A DNA stretch of 32,000 nt. Origin: an uncultured archaeon. Its GTDB lineage: Archaea > Iainarchaeota > Iainarchaeia > Iainarchaeales > 0-14-0-20-30-16. The position numbers and the translations under genes are program-made. The notes under the pieces are model-generated. The model was not told the origin of the DNA, ran no database searches, and saw nothing but the letters and a program-made list of their open reading frames with translations. The stretch is from positions 1 through 32,000 of the forward strand of contig CAZMGA010000005.1 of NCBI GenBank assembly GCA_964565725.1, read 5' to 3'. Shown here piece by piece: positions 9,029 through 16,503 of this stretch; the stretch's first letter is position 1, and each line of letters begins with the position of its first letter.

Positions 9029-10303
9029 TTATTCTAAATCAATTGTAGAATCTATTTTAGGAGCTATTGCATCAATACCTAATTTTTCTTTAATATTATT
9101 TGCAAATACATCTATAACTTCATTGTCTCCATGAACACAAATTACTTTTTCAGGATTCATTTGGCTTATACTTCTCATTAAATCATTTTTTCCTATGTGT
9201 GCTGAAAAATCAAAATGTTTTACTTCAAATGGTGCACTAACTAATTTATCTTCTATTGTTAATTTTCCACTATGTAGTAATGTATGTCCATTTGTTCCAG
9301 GCATTTGAAATCCAGTTAATAAAATTTTTGTTCTTTTATCATTTAATTTTCTTTTTAAATAATACATTACTGGGCCACCATCTAACATTCCAGCAGTAGT
9401 TATAATAATGCTTTGTTTTTGAGTTATTTTCTTTCTTTCATTGCTACTATTTACAAAATAAGTATTATCCAATGCATTTTTTAATCTAAAAGAATCTTTA
9501 AAATAACCAGGATATTTCATATATATTTTTGAAACTTTTTGACCCATACCATCTAAATATATTGGTACATCATTAATTTTATATTTGTCTAATATTTCTA
9601 CAATTTCTTGACTTCTTCCAACTGCAAAAGCAGGTATTATTGCTGTACCACCATTTTCTAAAGCTGAATTTACAAAAGAAATAAATTCTTTTTCTACATC
9701 TTTTCTGTTTGGATGGTCTCTATTTCCATAAGTACTTTCAATCATTAAATAATTTGGATTATCAAAATCTAAATCTGCACCACTGTGTAATCCACTTTCT
9801 TCTAATTTAAAATCACCTGTGTATAATAAAGATTTTTTGCCTAAATTTATTTTTGTTAATGCACTACCTAAAATGTGTCCCGCATCAAACATTTCAAAAT
9901 TAATATCTTTATGAATTTGAATGTTTTGTTTGTAATTTACTAAGTTTACAGATCCAAATACATCTTTAATATTTTGTTTTGAATAAGGCATAGGGCTATT
10001 TTCATATTTTGCAATTTTTAAAGTATCTTCCCATAATATATTTGCAATATCTAATGTTGGGGCAGTAGCATAAACAGTAGGTCTATGTTTTTGGAATAAC
10101 CAAGGAATCATACCACAATGATCTAAATGACTATGACTTAAAATCATATGTTTTATTGTAGAGTTTGGTTTTAAAGGGTAGTCTGTTCTATCCTGATTTA
10201 TTTTTAAACCATAATCTAATAATAAGTTGGTATCATTATATTTTACCTCAAATCCTGATCTACCAACTTCATGACCAGCACCTAAGGATCTTATTTTTAT
10301 CAT
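9029..10303 (-). CDS. metallo-beta-lactamase / beta-CASP ribonuclease (aCPSF2 type, no KH domains)
   Basis: HSHLDHCG (HxHxDH) motif, beta-CASP region, and C-terminal VHGD motif. 424 aa. AGGTGA SD upstream. Confidence 0.85.
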   Translation of the reverse strand: MIKIRSLGAGHEVGRSGFEVKYNDTNLLLDYGLKINQDRTDYPLKPNSTIKHMILSHSHLDHCGMIPWLFQKHRPTVYATAPTLDIANILWEDTLKIAKYENSPMPYSKQNIKDVFGSVNLVNYKQNIQIHKDINFEMFDAGHILGSALTKINLGKKSLLYTGDFKLEESGLHSGADLDFDNPNYLMIESTYGNRDHPNRKDVEKEFISFVNSALENGGTAIIPAFAVGRSQEIVEILDKYKINDVPIYLDGMGQKVSKIYMKYPGYFKDSFRLKNALDNTYFVNSSNERKKITQKQSIIITTAGMLDGGPVMYYLKRKLNDKRTKILLTGFQMPGTNGHTLLHSGKLTIEDKLVSAPFEVKHFDFSAHIGKNDLMRSISQMNPEKVICVHGDNEVIDVFANNIKEKLGIDAIAPKIDSTIDLE

Positions 10304-10307
10304 TTTT

Positions 10308-10415
10308 TCACCTTTTTTTTGTTTTTTTATTTAAAGATAGTAGTAGGTGTGCTAATAAAAGCCCTAAAACTATAATTATTAATATAATAGTAATAACAAT
10401 TAGTATCGTATTCAT
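10308..10415 (-). CDS. 35-aa single-helix membrane peptide (not in ORF track)
   Basis: My translation is MNTILIVITIILIIIVLGLLLAHLLLSLNKKTKKR. Its TGA lies inside the AGGTGA SD of the RNase gene. The ATG sits about 30 nt downstream of TATA box GTTTATAAAC, consistent with a leaderless first cistron. Confidence 0.3.
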   Translation of the reverse strand: MNTILIVITIILIIIVLGLLLAHLLLSLNKKTKKR

Positions 10416-10440
10416 AATATATATTAACAATAACAATATT

Positions 10441-10450
10441 GTTTATAAAC
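10441..10450 (-). promoter_or_regulatory. palindromic TATA box GTTTATAAAC
   Basis: Same 10-mer as the 5S promoter. Located 26-35 nt upstream of the small ORF ATG at 10415. Confidence 0.4.
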
Positions 10451-10454
10451 TTTT

Positions 10455-11234
10455 TTATTTAAAGTCAAAATTAGAAAATATTTTTTTTAAATTATTTCCT
10501 AAAATTTTTATCATTTCTTCTTTATTTATAGAAAAATCTTCACAGTATTTATCAAATATTTTTTTAATTTGGCTGGGTTCTTGTAATATATTTGATACTG
10601 TTGCGGGATAATCAGTTTCAAATAAAATTTGTTCTTTTGGAACGTTTTTTATTATTTCTTTTACATTCTCATCATATAAGTATTTTGGACCTATTGTAAT
10701 GAAATATCCTTTTTCAACTGCTTTTTCAACATATTTTTTAGAATCTAAAAACCAATGCATTATTACTTTATTATAATTAAAATTATTTAATATTTCTAAA
10801 GTTTGTTTTACAGCAAAGCGAGAATGTATTTCTACATAAAAATCATTTTCTTTTGCAATTTTTAATTGTTCTATAAATGCTTTTTCTTGTAATTCTTTAT
10901 TATATTCAAATTTAAAATCTAATCCAATTTCTCCTATAATTATTCTATTTTCTTCCTTTTTTTCTTTCAACTCTTTAATTTTATCCCTTAAAATATCTAT
11001 TTTTTTTAAATCTTCAGAATTTTTAAATTCTGTTGGAAATATACCTAATCCCATAAATATATTATTATATTTAGAGGCTATCAAAATTGTATTATTTATA
11101 GTAGCTAAATCTACAGAATTATTAATAAAATATTTTATATTTTGATTTTTTGCATTATTAATTATTTTATCTATATTTATTAAATCTAAATTAGAATTTT
11201 CTTCTGATAAATGCAAATGTGCATCAAAAAGCAT
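10455..11234 (-). CDS. tatD: TatD-family metal-dependent hydrolase/DNase
   Basis: FDAHLHL (HxH), EIGLD, HSR, HWF and ETDYP motifs in the canonical order. Confidence 0.85.
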   Translation of the reverse strand: MLFDAHLHLSEENSNLDLINIDKIINNAKNQNIKYFINNSVDLATINNTILIASKYNNIFMGLGIFPTEFKNSEDLKKIDILRDKIKELKEKKEENRIIIGEIGLDFKFEYNKELQEKAFIEQLKIAKENDFYVEIHSRFAVKQTLEILNNFNYNKVIMHWFLDSKKYVEKAVEKGYFITIGPKYLYDENVKEIIKNVPKEQILFETDYPATVSNILQEPSQIKKIFDKYCEDFSINKEEMIKILGNNLKKIFSNFDFK

Positions 11235-11240
11235 AAAACC

Positions 11241-11252
11241 ACAAAAAAAGAA
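11241..11252 (-). terminator. oligo-T tract downstream of 5S rRNA
   Basis: The minus strand reads TTCTTTTTTTGT about 12 nt after the 3' end of the 5S helix. Archaeal terminators are T-runs. Confidence 0.35.
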
Positions 11253-11263
11253 TAAATATAAGT

Positions 11264-11372
11264 GTTAACAGAAAATATAAGCTCCGATTCACACCAGTTC
11301 CTATACTTTAAAATTGGCTTAACTTCTGGGTTCGGAATGAGACCAGGTGTACCCCAATTCTTGACCGTTAAC
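11264..11372 (-). rRNA. rrf: 5S ribosomal RNA, stand-alone and short (about 109 nt)
   Basis: The minus strand reads GTTAACGGTCAAGAATTGGGGTACACCTGGTCTCATTCCGAACCCAGAAGTTAAGCC.... This contains the universal 5S loop C/helix III signature. The 5' GTTAACGG pairs with the 3' CTGTTAAC to form helix I. A TATA box lies about 27 nt upstream. Confidence 0.8.
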
Positions 11373-11394
11373 AGATATATATAGGATACAAAAA

Positions 11395-11404
11395 GTTTAT
11401 AAAC
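11395..11404 (-). promoter_or_regulatory. TATA box GTTTATAAAC for 5S rRNA
   Basis: Palindromic 10-mer centred about 27 nt upstream of the predicted 5S 5' end. Confidence 0.5.
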
Positions 11405-11408
11405 GTAT

Positions 11409-11618
11409 CTAAAAGTCCTCAAAATCATTATCGTCTTCAAAAACATTTTTATTATGAATTCCTTGTATTTTAATATCTAATGAAAATGGATGCGCTTTAA
11501 TAGTTTGTTTTTTATCTTTATATATAAACAGACTATTTTCACAATATGGGCAAACTACTATTTTATCTTTATCGCCATTTATATTGGCATTACATATCGG
11601 ACAAATTGTTTTAGACAT
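11409..11618 (-). CDS. small zinc-ribbon protein with acidic tail (start moved to ATG 11618)
   Basis: MSKTICPICN...CPYCEN is a CxxC...CxxC ribbon. The ORF-track GTG start is the AGTGATA SD itself. Confidence 0.5.
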   Translation of the reverse strand: MSKTICPICNANINGDKDKIVVCPYCENSLFIYKDKKQTIKAHPFSLDIKIQGIHNKNVFEDDNDFEDF

Positions 11619-11670
11619 AAGTATCACTTAAAATAAGTATTTATTTATAGAATCATAATGCTTAAAAAGA

Positions 11671-12819
11671 CTATTTTTTTCCAATTATAGTAAATTCTTT
11701 AATATATCCTATTTTTTCAGTTCTATTATAATGGCAGAGTATATTTCTGTTTATTGAAATATCCATTACTTTAAGATTATTTAATTTGTATAATTCTTGT
11801 ATATATTCATAAATATCAAAAATTTCTTTTCCTATTATTCCTCCAGCTATAGTTATACTTATTATACCATTTTTGTTAATTTGTTTTGTTATTAATTTTA
11901 TAAAATCTTCTAATTGCATAAAATATTCTTGTAAAGAATAGTTTTCTGATTTATAGTAATTAGTATTTAAATTTTTAATTTTTTCTGAAAAATAATTTTC
12001 ATAAAAATATTTGTTTTTATTAATTTTAGAATTAATTTCACCTAAATGTTCTTTTAAAATTGTATCTTTATTTAATATTGCCAATTCTAACCCATATCTT
12101 TTTGTATATTCTGTTTTATTTAAATAAGGTGGTGAAGTAATAACATAATCAAATTTTTGTTTATTATCTTCTAAAAATTTAAACACGCTTTTATTATAAA
12201 CTTTTATTTCTGAGTTAGAATTAATCCTTGTTTTTTTTATGTCTTTTACTAATTCTTTGAAAATATTTTCAAATACTTTACTTGTTATTCTTTTTGCTTT
12301 TTTTACTTTTGTTAAACTAGAATTATTTTTATTGGCGTTCATTATTTTTTCAATTGTTTTTAATAATACTAAATAAAAAAAGAATTTTTCATTTTCATTA
12401 ATTTTATCTATATTATTTTTAATATTAATTAAATCTTTTAAATTTTCTGAATAAAAATATTTTTTAATCCATTCTATATTTTGATTTATTGCTAAATTTG
12501 AATCATTTAATATTAATATTTGTGGTAATAAATTGTTTAATAAATTTATATTATAGTTTTGTGTTTTTGCACTACTTACTAAATACATTAAATATGATAC
12601 GTCTGTTCCTATTGCATTAAATTTAAATTCTTTAGAAGTTAATAATGTAGTTCCTGTGCCACAAAAAGGATCATAAACTAAAATATTTTTTTTATTTATA
12701 GGATATTTTTCAAATATTTTTTTAACTAAATCAAAAGAATATGCTTCTGTAAATTCAAACCAATTGTAAATTTTATTATGTTTGTTTCCTTGAAAAGTAC
12801 TATCTAATATTTTTCGCAT
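11671..12819 (-). CDS. SAM-dependent N4/N6 DNA-methyltransferase-like protein (motif I before motif IV); target (DNA or RNA) unresolved
   Basis: VYDPFCGTGTT (motif I, FxGxG) near residue 50 and VITSPPYLN (motif IV, SPPY) near residue 228, with about 170 aa between them. Starts 7 nt after the trm5 stop. Confidence 0.65.
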   Translation of the reverse strand: MRKILDSTFQGNKHNKIYNWFEFTEAYSFDLVKKIFEKYPINKKNILVYDPFCGTGTTLLTSKEFKFNAIGTDVSYLMYLVSSAKTQNYNINLLNNLLPQILILNDSNLAINQNIEWIKKYFYSENLKDLINIKNNIDKINENEKFFFYLVLLKTIEKIMNANKNNSSLTKVKKAKRITSKVFENIFKELVKDIKKTRINSNSEIKVYNKSVFKFLEDNKQKFDYVITSPPYLNKTEYTKRYGLELAILNKDTILKEHLGEINSKINKNKYFYENYFSEKIKNLNTNYYKSENYSLQEYFMQLEDFIKLITKQINKNGIISITIAGGIIGKEIFDIYEYIQELYKLNNLKVMDISINRNILCHYNRTEKIGYIKEFTIIGKK

Positions 12820-12826
12820 TTTATCA

Positions 12827-13852
12827 CTAATCTATAATTTTAAAATCTATTACAATTTGAATAATATCTGGAGAATAATCTCTAACCTTTCTTTTAAAAA
12901 TAACTTTAATTTTTTTATTTTTCTTTTTTGCAAATTCTTTTAATTCTTTTAAAATCTCTTTGTAAGGATTAATATTATCTACGAATTTATATAATGTAAT
13001 TATACCTGTGTTTTTTTTAATTGCTTTATATGCTGCTTCTAAAAACAAATCAGATGTTTTTGGTAAAGGCATGATAATATAATCACATTTATTTTCTATT
13101 TTTTTTGCATAATTATAAACATCTGCACATATTGGTTTTACATTATTAATTTTATTTAATATAATATTTTCTAAAGCCATTTTATGTGCTTCTTTATTTA
13201 ATTCTATACTATAAACTTTACAATTAGGGTGTTTTTTACCAATTACTATTGAAAAAGGTCCAACTCCTGAAAAAAATACTCCTACTGTTTTGTTATCTTT
13301 AATAAATTCTGAAACTCTTGTTCTTTCAAAAGACAATCTAGTTGAAAAAAACATTTTCCCTAATTCTACTTTAAATTTACAATTATTTTCATTAATTATT
13401 GTTGTAAAAGATTTTTTACCTGCTAAATATTTTACTTTTTCTACTCTATATTCTCCTTCAAAAGGGCTTATTTTTTTAACTATTGTTTTTAATGAAGGAT
13501 TTATTTCTAATAATCTTTTTGCAATTTCTCTTTCCTTTTCTTCCATCTCTTTAGTTATTTTAATTATTGCTATATCTCCTAATGTGTCATAGCTAGAAAT
13601 ATAATCTTTTATTTTAAATTCATTTACTAAAATATCTTTAAAAGATTTTGTAGTAATATATTTTTCTGATTTTTTATTTACTATTTTATATTTTTTTAAT
13701 ATTTTTATTTTAGGATTTAAAGTAGTTATGGGGAAGTAAACATAATTTTTATCATTTTGGGCTTTTATTCCTTTATTATAAATATTATGCTCTATTAATA
13801 TTTTTTTAATATTCTCTGCTTCGTTTTTGTTTGTTTGTATAAAATAAGTCAT
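12827..13852 (-). CDS. trm5: tRNA (guanine37-N1)-methyltransferase Trm5 / Met-10+ family
   Basis: VGVFFSGVGPFSIVIGK SAM motif followed by YSIELNKEA and MPLP motifs. Length and layout are typical of archaeal Trm5/Taw22. Confidence 0.8.
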   Translation of the reverse strand: MTYFIQTNKNEAENIKKILIEHNIYNKGIKAQNDKNYVYFPITTLNPKIKILKKYKIVNKKSEKYITTKSFKDILVNEFKIKDYISSYDTLGDIAIIKITKEMEEKEREIAKRLLEINPSLKTIVKKISPFEGEYRVEKVKYLAGKKSFTTIINENNCKFKVELGKMFFSTRLSFERTRVSEFIKDNKTVGVFFSGVGPFSIVIGKKHPNCKVYSIELNKEAHKMALENIILNKINNVKPICADVYNYAKKIENKCDYIIMPLPKTSDLFLEAAYKAIKKNTGIITLYKFVDNINPYKEILKELKEFAKKKNKKIKVIFKRKVRDYSPDIIQIVIDFKIID

Positions 13853-13870
13853 AGAATAATATTATTCTAT
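13851..13870. repeat. perfect 20-bp palindrome ATAGAATAATATTATTCTAT abutting the trm5 start codon
   Basis: Read directly from the sequence. It sits in the 49-nt divergent intergenic region between trm5 and the membrane protein gene. Confidence 0.9.
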
Positions 13871-13901
13871 TTATTAATAAATCTTTCTTTTATATTATAT
13901 T

Positions 13902-14747
13902 ATGACTTTTAATATATCTGAATTTATTTATTTTTATTTTGGTAGAACTATTGCAGAGGATTTAGGGTATAATTTAGTAAATACTTCAGTTTATGCTATT
14001 TTTGCATTATTAATATTTTTTTTTATATTAAAACCCTTTGTTTCTAAGTATTATGGTAAATTAGACAATAAATTTGTATTATTTTCTGTTTTAATAATAA
14101 TTTTTGGTTCTATGTTAAGAGTTTCTGAAGAGTTTTATTCTAATATTCATTGGATTACTCGTTCTATTAATCCTTTAGATTTAGGTTTTTGGTTTATTAC
14201 ACCTGGTATTTATTTAATGATTTTATTTATTGCATTGTATATTATATTAATAAGCTGGTACTTAGAGAAAAAACTAAATATAAATCAAAAGAAATCAATA
14301 ATAATTGTTCCTTTAATATTAAATCTAATTGTTTTTTTAATAGAATTATTTTATATGACTCATTTTTTTAGATTTATTTTGACAATTTTATTAATATTTC
14401 TTGTTTTTTTTATTATTTATTTTATTTGTTTTAAATTTAAAATTAAATTAATAATTTATGAGCGATTTGCAATATTGGCTCAAATAATTGATGGTTTTGC
14501 TACATATTCTGCTTTAAAAATGCCTTATTTTATGGAACAACATGTATTTAGTAATTTTTTAATGCAAAAATTTGGTTTGATTTCTTTTCCTATATTTAAG
14601 ATCTTTTTAGTTTTGTTAATAATTTTTGTTTTAAGAAAAAGTAATTTAAATCAAAATGTAAAAAATTATATTTTATTATTTATAATTTTATTTGGTTTTG
14701 CAACAGGTGTTAGGAATTTATTTAGTATTGCTTTGGTGATGATGTGA
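13902..14747 (+). CDS. polytopic membrane protein (possibly DUF63 family)
   Basis: Multiple hydrophobic helices. AQIIDGFATYSAL and EQHVFSNFLM segments resemble archaeal DUF63 as I recall it. Confidence 0.45.
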   Translation: MTFNISEFIYFYFGRTIAEDLGYNLVNTSVYAIFALLIFFFILKPFVSKYYGKLDNKFVLFSVLIIIFGSMLRVSEEFYSNIHWITRSINPLDLGFWFITPGIYLMILFIALYIILISWYLEKKLNINQKKSIIIVPLILNLIVFLIELFYMTHFFRFILTILLIFLVFFIIYFICFKFKIKLIIYERFAILAQIIDGFATYSALKMPYFMEQHVFSNFLMQKFGLISFPIFKIFLVLLIIFVLRKSNLNQNVKNYILLFIILFGFATGVRNLFSIALVMM

Positions 14748-15865
14748 TATCTTCAAAAGATGAAATAAATAAAAAGAAAAAATATTTTTATGAAAATGTA
14801 TTATATAAAATAAAAGAAAAACAAATTTCTAGTAATACTATTTTTAATTCTACAGATAATGTTTTTGTTACTTTTGGTGACAATAACTTAAAAGTAGGAC
14901 CTGTTTTTTCAAGTTTTGATGCGTCTAAAAGTTATGGTTTAAATTATAAAGATATTGTTGAAAAATTAGCACTAGGTATTAATACTTATAATTTTACTAC
15001 CGTTAAACCAAATTATAGAGATATAGATAAATTGCAAGAAATATCTTTAACAAAAAAACCTATAGATTTAGAAGTATCTTTGGAAAAAAAATTAAATTTT
15101 AATTTTGATATTGATAAAATAACTAATCCTATTGGTTTTAAAGGTAAATTAAAATCTATAGATATTTTAGAAAATCCTAAAATTCCTTGGCAAGTATCAC
15201 AAGTTTTAGATGAAAAACTAAAAGCTGTAGAGGAAATAAAAATATTGCAAGATTATGGTTTTGATAATTATTATTTAACAAAAATAATGTCTACGGCTAA
15301 TTTAGGTTTAGATAAACGTTTAGTTACAACAAGACAAAGTATTACTGCAATAGATGATATTTTAACAAAATCTTTATTAGATAAAATTAAAGATTATGAA
15401 TCAATAAATGGATATTATTTATTTGAGAATTCTTTTTTACATAATAAGTTTTATATCATTTTGTTAGAAGGAAATTGGGAATATGAAGCTTTTGAAATTT
15501 GGCCTAAAGGTTCAGAATGGAATACTACTGATTATAATTATGAGTATGAAAATTTTAATGGTAGAACTAGTTATGCTAAATTACAAGGTGGGGGCTACTA
15601 TGCTGCACGTTTGGGTGTTGCAGAATATTTAGAAAAAATTAAAAAACAAGCAAGAGTTTTAGTTATTCGAGAAATTGATTCTGAATATTTTATTCCTGTG
15701 GGTGTATGGCAAGTTAGAGAAAATGTACGAAATGCATTTTTAAAATATACTCTTTTTAATAGTAAACAAGAAATACAAAACTATTTGCAAAATAAAATTA
15801 AAAATAAAACTATATTAAAAGAATCAAAAATGTTTAAACAATCAAGATTAAACGATTTTTTTTAA
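14744..15865 (+). CDS. nreA: NreA-like archaeal DNA repair protein (DUF650/DUF651)
   Basis: The C-terminal GGGYYAARLGVAEYL and FIPVGVWQVRENVRNA motifs match the Nre C-terminal domain as I recall it. GTG start overlaps the upstream stop (GTGA). Confidence 0.65.
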   Translation: MISSKDEINKKKKYFYENVLYKIKEKQISSNTIFNSTDNVFVTFGDNNLKVGPVFSSFDASKSYGLNYKDIVEKLALGINTYNFTTVKPNYRDIDKLQEISLTKKPIDLEVSLEKKLNFNFDIDKITNPIGFKGKLKSIDILENPKIPWQVSQVLDEKLKAVEEIKILQDYGFDNYYLTKIMSTANLGLDKRLVTTRQSITAIDDILTKSLLDKIKDYESINGYYLFENSFLHNKFYIILLEGNWEYEAFEIWPKGSEWNTTDYNYEYENFNGRTSYAKLQGGGYYAARLGVAEYLEKIKKQARVLVIREIDSEYFIPVGVWQVRENVRNAFLKYTLFNSKQEIQNYLQNKIKNKTILKESKMFKQSRLNDFF

Positions 15866-15880
15866 AAAATTTGAGTAATA

Positions 15881-15888
15881 TTTATAAA
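15881..15888 (+). promoter_or_regulatory. TATA box TTTATAAA, with GGGGGT SD at 15919-15924
   Basis: Positioned 43-50 nt upstream of ATG 15931, leaving a short SD-containing leader. Confidence 0.45.
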
Positions 15889-15930
15889 TTATATGTGATA
15901 TACTTAATATAACTTTTTGGGGGTTCTTTT

Positions 15931-16503
15931 ATGAGCATAAGTGCTTTAAAATTATTAGGATTAGATAAAAAATCTAAAAATACAAAAAAAGTAAAATCTA
16001 CAAAACCTGTAAAATCAAAGAAAGTTGTTAAATCTGTTAAACCAACAAAATCTGTAAAAGCTTTAAAATCAAAAAAGGTTGTTAAATCTGTAAAGCCTAC
16101 AAAACCTGTAAAATCAGTAAAATCAAAAAAGGTTGTTAAAGTTGTTAAACCTGTAAAACCTACAAAACCTATAAAATCAGTAAAATCAAAGAAAGTTGTT
16201 AAGGTTGTTAAACCTGTAAAACCTACAAAACCTATAAAATCAGTAAAATCAAAGAAAGTTGTTAAGGTTGTTAAACCTGTAAAACCTACAAAACCTATAA
16301 AATCAGTAAAATCAGATAAAAAAGTAAAGAATGAATCAAAAAAAGAAGTAAAAGAAATTAAAAGAGATGATAATGAATATTTAAAATTATTAGAAAAAAA
16401 GAAGAAAAAAATAAAATCAGATTTTGAAAAATTTTCTCAATCTAAAGAAGATCTAGAAGAATATGATGATTATGATTTATTAGATGATATAGAAGAATAT
16501 TAA
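15931..16503 (+). CDS. lysine-rich tandem-repeat protein with acidic C-terminal tail (possible nucleic-acid-binding protein)
   Basis: The body is KS(K/V)K(K)VVK(S/V)VKPVKPTKP(I/V)KSV repeats. The tail is EDLEEYDDYDLLDDIEEY. Strong promoter and SD. Confidence 0.7.
   Translation: MSISALKLLGLDKKSKNTKKVKSTKPVKSKKVVKSVKPTKSVKALKSKKVVKSVKPTKPVKSVKSKKVVKVVKPVKPTKPIKSVKSKKVVKVVKPVKPTKPIKSVKSKKVVKVVKPVKPTKPIKSVKSDKKVKNESKKEVKEIKRDDNEYLKLLEKKKKKIKSDFEKFSQSKEDLEEYDDYDLLDDIEEY
16120..16308 (+). repeat. three head-to-tail 63-bp (21-codon) repeats inside the Lys-rich gene
   Basis: Copies 16183-16245 and 16246-16308 are identical. Copy 16120-16182 differs at 3 synonymous Lys positions. More degenerate copies extend back to about 15985. 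Confidence 0.95.

Noticed and set aside
10165-10611. 148-aa plus-strand ORF spanning the RNase/tatD junction
   Set aside because: It overlaps two motif-supported minus-strand genes and the intergenic promoter. The sequence is low-complexity.
11186-11446. 86-aa ORF from the ORF track
   Set aside because: It lies directly over the 5S rRNA and its promoter. It has no SD, and its sequence is an artefact of translating a structured RNA.
11409-12819. Restriction-modification system (methylase plus neighbouring small zinc-ribbon ORF as nuclease)
   Set aside because: The 69-aa zinc-ribbon protein has no PD-(D/E)xK, HNH or GIY-YIG motif and is too small. No other candidate nuclease is adjacent.
13290-14371. 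ORFs 13290-13592 (antisense to trm5) and 14189-14371 (alternative frame in the membrane protein gene)
   Set aside because: Shadow ORFs within better-supported genes.
15985-16320. Tandem direct repeats considered as a possible CRISPR array or minisatellite
   Set aside because: The repeats are contiguous with no spacers. The period is 63 bp, a multiple of three. They lie in frame inside an ORF with a promoter and SD, and differences are synonymous. This is a coding repeat, not a CRISPR array.
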